Assembly: GCA_023231475.1 (NCBI GenBank)
Contig: JALJEE010000735.1
Span: 124,001 to 181,368, forward strand
DNA: 57,368 nucleotides
Direction: 5' to 3'
Source of the DNA: Seison nebaliae
Lineage: Eukaryota
This document shows positions 53,277 to 57,368 of the stretch, piece by piece. How positions within the stretch are numbered: the stretch's first letter is position 1; each line of letters opens with the position of its first letter. The translations under genes and the position numbers were made by a program. Under the pieces are notes generated by a model. That model saw nothing but the letters and a program-made list of their open reading frames with translations, was not told the DNA's origin and searched no databases.

Positions 53277-54800
53277 TTAATCGAATTCTGAATTATCTGA
53301 ATCATCCAAATCATCTTCAGATTGGAAGGCTTCGTGTCTCTCCTTCAACGCTGAAATGAGATGTTCCATTAACTGTTGACTGGGAGGTAACGCTGATGAT
53401 TCAGGTTGTACTGAAACTTCAGCAACTTTAGGTCGTTCATCTTCACTCTTCAATTTCCGTTTATTAAATTGACGAATTTCAGCAAATAAGTCAACTGTTC
53501 CATTATCCTCTTCGATTGGTGGAGGTTGATTATTCGTCGATGGTCGTTCGGATGAATCTATTTTAAGTTTAGGTAATGGTGAACTTATTTCATCAGGAAA
53601 GAATGGTGGTGGTGGCGGTGGTGGTATTGGACAGGATGTGTTTGTCTCAATTGATTCATTGTAAACGTCATATGAATTATCTTGAATACTTATCATACTT
53701 GATGGTATAGGTGGAGGAGGCGGAGGAGGCGGTGGTGGTGGAGGTGGCGCAGGTGGAGCTTGTCGATGTGTCACAGAAGGTGGTGTGTTAGATGAAGGCG
53801 GTGGTGGAACAGGCGGTCTCATAGGAGGAGGAGGCGGTTTCCTACTTTCGTGACTGATTTGCGGTTGAGGCTGTTTAGGGAGACTATAAGTCATAGCTGA
53901 TTGATAAATCTCATCCCGATTGACATTCGGATTCTTAGTCAATAAACGTCGAAGATCTGAATAGAGAGATGTATCCATTAATTTTTGAACTTGTTCAGCA
54001 GTCGCTTCTTTCCCAAACATTTTCGATATATAACCATGAAGAAATTCACCTGTAATATCCATTTTATTCGTATTCAAATTCGTCAATGAAGATATATGAA
54101 CAAAATTATGTGGAAGTCCAATATCTTTCGGAGAGAACTTCTTATTCTTATTCTTACTTCGTAGCGAAGCAAATCCTTTTGAATTTTTTGTTCGATTCAT
54201 CTCATTACTGTTGTTGTTGTTGCTAATTTCAGTATTCTTTTGTAGATTATGTTGTTGTTGTTGTTGTTGTTGTTGATGGTGTTGTTGTTGCTGTTGTTCA
54301 TTAGAATGATGACTTGATGGAATTATTTTATTTTTTTTTATTTGAACTTTCTCAATTTTCAAATTAATATGATTTTGAAATAAATTTGCTTCGTCAACAG
54401 ACGTAAATTGAAGTGCAACACCATTATGATCACCATTAAAGAAGAAGAATTTCTCACCTAATTTATTGAAAGAGAAAGGTTCATAAATTTCCTGATCTAA
54501 TTTCAATTTCAAATTGTCCGAATAGAAACGAATGAAATAAGATCGAAGTAAGAAATCTTTGACAAAACAGACGACACCTAACGATTGTGGTTCCCATTCC
54601 GCTTTCTTGAAATTATGAAACATCAATCTTGGATACCATAACTGAGCGACACATGTACATAATGAATAACTGTCGATAGGAAACAAATTGAAAATCAATC
54701 TATTCTCCTCTTCCGTCAACAAATCAGACGGATAATTTTTTCGACTTCCAAATTTATTCGATTGTTGTTGTTGTTGTTGCCGCTGATCAATTTGCATCAT
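53277..54800 (-). CDS. WAS: Wiskott-Aldrich syndrome protein (WASP/N-WASP), intronless
   Basis: WH1 (GVVCFVKDFLLRSYFIR), basic region plus CRIB (DIGLPHNFVHI), polyproline, WH2 (LFAEIRQF..RKLK), C helix and acidic tail. Confidence 0.92.
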   Translation of the reverse strand: MMQIDQRQQQQQQSNKFGSRKNYPSDLLTEEENRLIFNLFPIDSYSLCTCVAQLWYPRLMFHNFKKAEWEPQSLGVVCFVKDFLLRSYFIRFYSDNLKLKLDQEIYEPFSFNKLGEKFFFFNGDHNGVALQFTSVDEANLFQNHINLKIEKVQIKKNKIIPSSHHSNEQQQQQHHQQQQQQQQHNLQKNTEISNNNNSNEMNRTKNSKGFASLRSKNKNKKFSPKDIGLPHNFVHISSLTNLNTNKMDITGEFLHGYISKMFGKEATAEQVQKLMDTSLYSDLRRLLTKNPNVNRDEIYQSAMTYSLPKQPQPQISHESRKPPPPPMRPPVPPPPSSNTPPSVTHRQAPPAPPPPPPPPPPPPPIPSSMISIQDNSYDVYNESIETNTSCPIPPPPPPPFFPDEISSPLPKLKIDSSERPSTNNQPPPIEEDNGTVDLFAEIRQFNKRKLKSEDERPKVAEVSVQPESSALPPSQQLMEHLISALKERHEAFQSEDDLDDSDNSEFD

Positions 54801-56009
54801 ATTGAACGGTATAATGAGTAAAGAATTGATGGGAAGTTAATGTTAATATCTCTTAACGTCCTTCCCTGTCGTCAAAAATTATTTGTCATTCGATTAAAAA
54901 CTTTCTAATGAATTAATTTTTCAATGAATATGATTCAACATACAAAGAAATAATCTTTAATAATTTACATTGAGCGTATTATTCAGTTAATACAAATATT
55001 TGATTGTTCTGAGAAAATAATAAAATGAAAAATTTTCTATTTTCTATTAAACTTAGAGATTAACAAATAACAAATATTTTTCATTTATTATTTTCCGTTT
55101 TTATCCCATCGAAAGTTTAATAAATAAATTTTATAATGATTCCTTTCTTTCTCAACTTACTTACTTGTTACATTTCCAACATTTGGAGGTCAACTCTGTA
55201 TGTTACGTTTATGTAACTCTCAAGTCCTGTCATATATTCCAAAATTTTTGTTCTCTTTCTTTTTTCATTTAAAATTATCTTTCCTCACTGGCGATAATAA
55301 GACTATATTGCGATGAGTCGCTTCTTCCTTCATATCAACAAAAGGTATGTCAAATTTTCAATATGATATCCTATTTATTGGCGTACGTTGTTAAATAATT
55401 TCAACATTTATTATAGTTCCTTCTCCTTACTTCTTTAGTCTCTGTCATTAACTACTTATTACTTACTTACTTAACATTAACATGATTAACTTTTTTAATT
55501 ACGTATATTACGATTCAAAAAATAATTTGTCTTTCGTTCACTCTTTATGTCTTATTTTATGCCTAACTGTCCCATATTTTGAAGCTATCTTAAGTCTTGA
55601 CCTTGTAAGAAAAAAATTTGAAAACACTCTATTTCAAATATTTTCGGTAACATTTGCTTTCAATGATTTACTTCAAGAATCAGTGATTAGTGTTCTGGAC
55701 TTTCTAAGGATAAACATGAATCTAAAAATGCAACTATATAAGAATGATACCCTTGCTAACTGATCTTGAGAGAGAATTATTACGTATATAATTCATACTA
55801 TATTTCACTCTATAAATTTCACAATACTCATATTCTCGACATAGAAGAGATGAGGAGGAAAGTTTGACTTTCGATAGTTAACTTTGGAATTCAGCATTCC
55901 ATTGATTTCGGTCATGCTCACTACTCAAATTATCGATATGGCTTCCCAAATCATCGCAACATCAGATCGACAAATTTTTGACCACGGCTCCAGGCCTTCC
56001 ACGGAACCT

Positions 56010-56692
56010 ACATTTTAAATACCGTTTTATTCAAGAATACTCTACTTGTTAAAATGCCCCAAACATTCTTCATAAGATTTAGATTGGGTGAACGTGGCAG
56101 ATGTTCAAATATTGTTCATCTCGTTTTCTGAATGTCCTCCATAGAATACTTAGGTTTCTGAACAGATCGTCCGTCATGTTAAAAAACAAAATTGTTTCCA
56201 TTGAATTCCTCTACAATTTTATTAAACACAAATTGAAATGTGACTATTTGATTTTGATGGTACTCGCGACCGCAGTTACGTATATATATGCAGAAAAATT
56301 ATTTACATATCTTCCCTTCTGAACGATAACTATTTAGATATTGTAGATATTCTGATATTAGGTCATTTTCGGAAGCATATTCTATTTCCTTCGTTTTATA
56401 CGTGGACATTCCTTTATCACACGCAGAATTGTTTCGCTGGAGATGTCCAATTTAAGAGCTTCATTAATCTTCCTTTCGCCATGTTAGTGCAAAAATTTCT
56501 GGCGTTGAGGACTTCTTTGCATATTGGTCTTGCTCTTCTGTTATTATAGACTTGTGTCTACCAGTCCGTTTCATATTCGTCCTTAGAAATTCTTTTTATT
56601 CCTCTCAATTTACTAATATCAGTGATCCAAGTTCTGCGCAATGTCCGCTATTTTACTTTTTCCTCAATTGATAATTATTTTCCTTTTCCCAT
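56010..56692 (-). mobile_element. Degenerate Tc3-like (Tc1/mariner) transposase pseudogene
   Basis: Fragments MGKGK*LSIEEKVK, INEALKLDISSETILRVIK and LPRSPNLNLMKNVWGIL (compare WPARSPDLNPIENLWGIL), with many stops and frameshifts. Confidence 0.8.
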
Positions 56693-57227
56693 TTTTATTA
56701 GAACGTGTTTTTTGTTTGAAAAAGAACTAGAACTACTACAATTTTAAAAGAAACATCATAGAAGTTTTAAAATTTTGTGGAATTTTATTACTGATCATTA
56801 CGGTCTTACGTGTATTTTGATAAGTTTTAAAATTTTGTGGGGTTATTGGTATTTGAGTGTTATTTGTTTTCTTGCAAAATTGTATGCTTTTTTGTGCAGT
56901 TTAGTTTAATGTGGTTTTTCCATCATCTTTCCATATGTTCATAAACTTTATCGGTCTTAAAATTTACTTATCTTCTTCAACATAACAGTTTCGAAGCTTT
57001 ATCATGTTTTTCATTCAATAGTTATACATATAGTTATATTATATTTAGGACCGTTAAATGATCAAAATGATCGACTTACATTTAATCGTACTGTTCATTT
57101 AATCGACTATATAGTCGACTTGTTGAATATAAGGAGATAATGTTTAAAATGGGATATTTATTTTGCTTTTCGATGGTTTAGAAGAAATGTTTAATTGAAG
57201 CAAAAAAATCGAAATAAAAAGTTATAT

Positions 57228-57368
57228 ATGGCACCTTGGGTCTTTGGTAAAATTGTTGACGAAATACTTCTTGAAGTCAACCAGAAATATTCTTTTAAAA
57301 TCGATAATCATTCATTTCCTGCAGTTCTCAGCTATGCTGATGATATCGTTATCTGTTGTAATAATGGA
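57228..57368 (+). mobile_element. 5'-truncated non-LTR retrotransposon reverse transcriptase fragment running off the window end
   Basis: APWVFGKIVDEILL...LSYADDIVI carries the RT domain 4/5 signature with YADD. There is no QG motif upstream, and an in-frame stop lies at 57192. Confidence 0.75.

Noticed and set aside
55482..55763. 93-aa ORF loosely resembling a LINE ORF2 C-terminus
   Set aside because: The Cys/His ligands are missing and the similarity is too weak to call.

Overview
AT-rich, gene-dense metazoan nuclear DNA with very short introns (mostly 37-64 nt). The gene set and intron style fit a compact spiralian genome, possibly a syndermatan/seisonid rotifer; this is inference and unverified. 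After manual splicing I recognise BCL11, a calcitonin-type neuropeptide precursor, ARMC4/ODAD2, tRNA-Leu(UAA), SRP9, POR, NOP16, HDC, an E-protein bHLH (daughterless/TCF), LMAN1, cyclophilin A, an MFHAS1-like ROCO protein, ASPG and WASP. There are also three lineage-specific multi-exon genes. Transposon debris (MULE, MITE, Tc1/Tc3, LINE RT) lies at about 5-12 kb and 55-57.4 kb. The strongest unexplained signal is the splicing code. Nearly all of about 40 reconstructed introns begin GTT rather than canonical GTRAGT, show no +4 to +6 consensus, and often end in AAG. This points to a divergent spliceosome or snRNA set. All gene models were made by eye, without RNA data or database searches.
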